Origin: Mariniphaga sp.
GTDB taxonomy: Bacteria; Bacteroidota; Bacteroidia; Bacteroidales; Prolixibacteraceae
Direction of reading: 5' to 3'
Length of the DNA: 47,172 bases
Assembly: GCA_036350775.1 (NCBI GenBank)
Contig: JAZBNQ010000034.1
Span: 1-47,172 of the forward strand
Under the pieces are notes generated by a model. It worked only from the letters and a program-made list of their open reading frames with translations. It was not told where the DNA came from and did not search any database. This document shows positions 46,888 through 47,172 of this stretch, in pieces (the first letter of the stretch is position 1; each line of letters opens with the position of its first letter). Position numbers and translations under genes: made by a program.

Positions 46888-47172
46888 TTATAACAACTTT
46901 ATTCCGTCAGATTTAAAATCGATGAGCCGCTTTTTGTAAAGATAGCCAACCGCCTTTTTAAAATTCTTTTTGCTGATTCCCAGCAAAGCCTGAATAATTT
47001 CGGGGGAAGTTTTGTCATTTAACGCAAGGAAACCATTATTCTCCCGCAGCGTTTCCAGCAGTTTTTCAGAAATGGGGTCTATTTTTCCGTAGCCCGGTTT
47101 TTCCAGCAACAAATCAATTTTATCATCGTCACGTATTTTATTCACAAAACCCTCCAGCTTTTCACCGGGCGA
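46888..47172 (-). CDS. cvfB: CvfB/YitL-like S1 RNA-binding protein, C-terminal part (runs off the window)
   Basis: Frame open to the window edge: GEKLEGFVNKIRDDDKIDL (S1 end) then GFLALNDKTSPE.I...GISKKNFKKAVGYLYKKRLI (winged helix). Confidence 0.85.
   Translation of the reverse strand, partial: SPGEKLEGFVNKIRDDDKIDLLLEKPGYGKIDPISEKLLETLRENNGFLALNDKTSPEIIQALLGISKKNFKKAVGYLYKKRLIDFKSDGIKLL

Overview
A 47 kb, gene-dense chromosomal segment of a Bacteroidota bacterium. The TAnnTTTG promoters, AT-rich leaders without Shine-Dalgarno sites and gene content suggest a Prolixibacteraceae/Marinilabiliales-like organism; this taxonomy is an inference. It holds about 36 mostly housekeeping or envelope genes: glmS with a DUF4954-like beta-helix protein, sodA, a MATE pump, a BCCT-USP-betaine binding protein operon, a 1421-aa repeat-built AsmA-like protein next to a lipase, DUF4301, two radical SAM enzymes, an OlsF-like acyltransferase, DUF368-aroE-LMW-PTP, an orphan WecA-like transferase, an M28 peptidase, a vWA-like protein followed by three paralogous TPR lipoproteins, and a GH51 arabinofuranosidase. 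I saw no rRNA, tRNA, CRISPR array or intact transposase. The best leads are: (1) an AT-rich PD-(D/E)xK-like gene followed by what looks like an attC half-site with an antisense group IIC intron 3' remnant; (2) a possible non-GlmU route to UDP-GlcNAc, from DUF4954 beside glmS and eukaryotic UGP/UAP-like motifs in DUF4301; (3) a BCCT carrier co-encoded with a USP and an orphan binding lipoprotein; (4) the vWA plus triple-lipoprotein operon; (5) the repeat-built putative lipid bridge; (6) a structured glmS leader; (7) a composite REP-like palindrome. All family calls come from recognising motifs by eye; no database searches were run.
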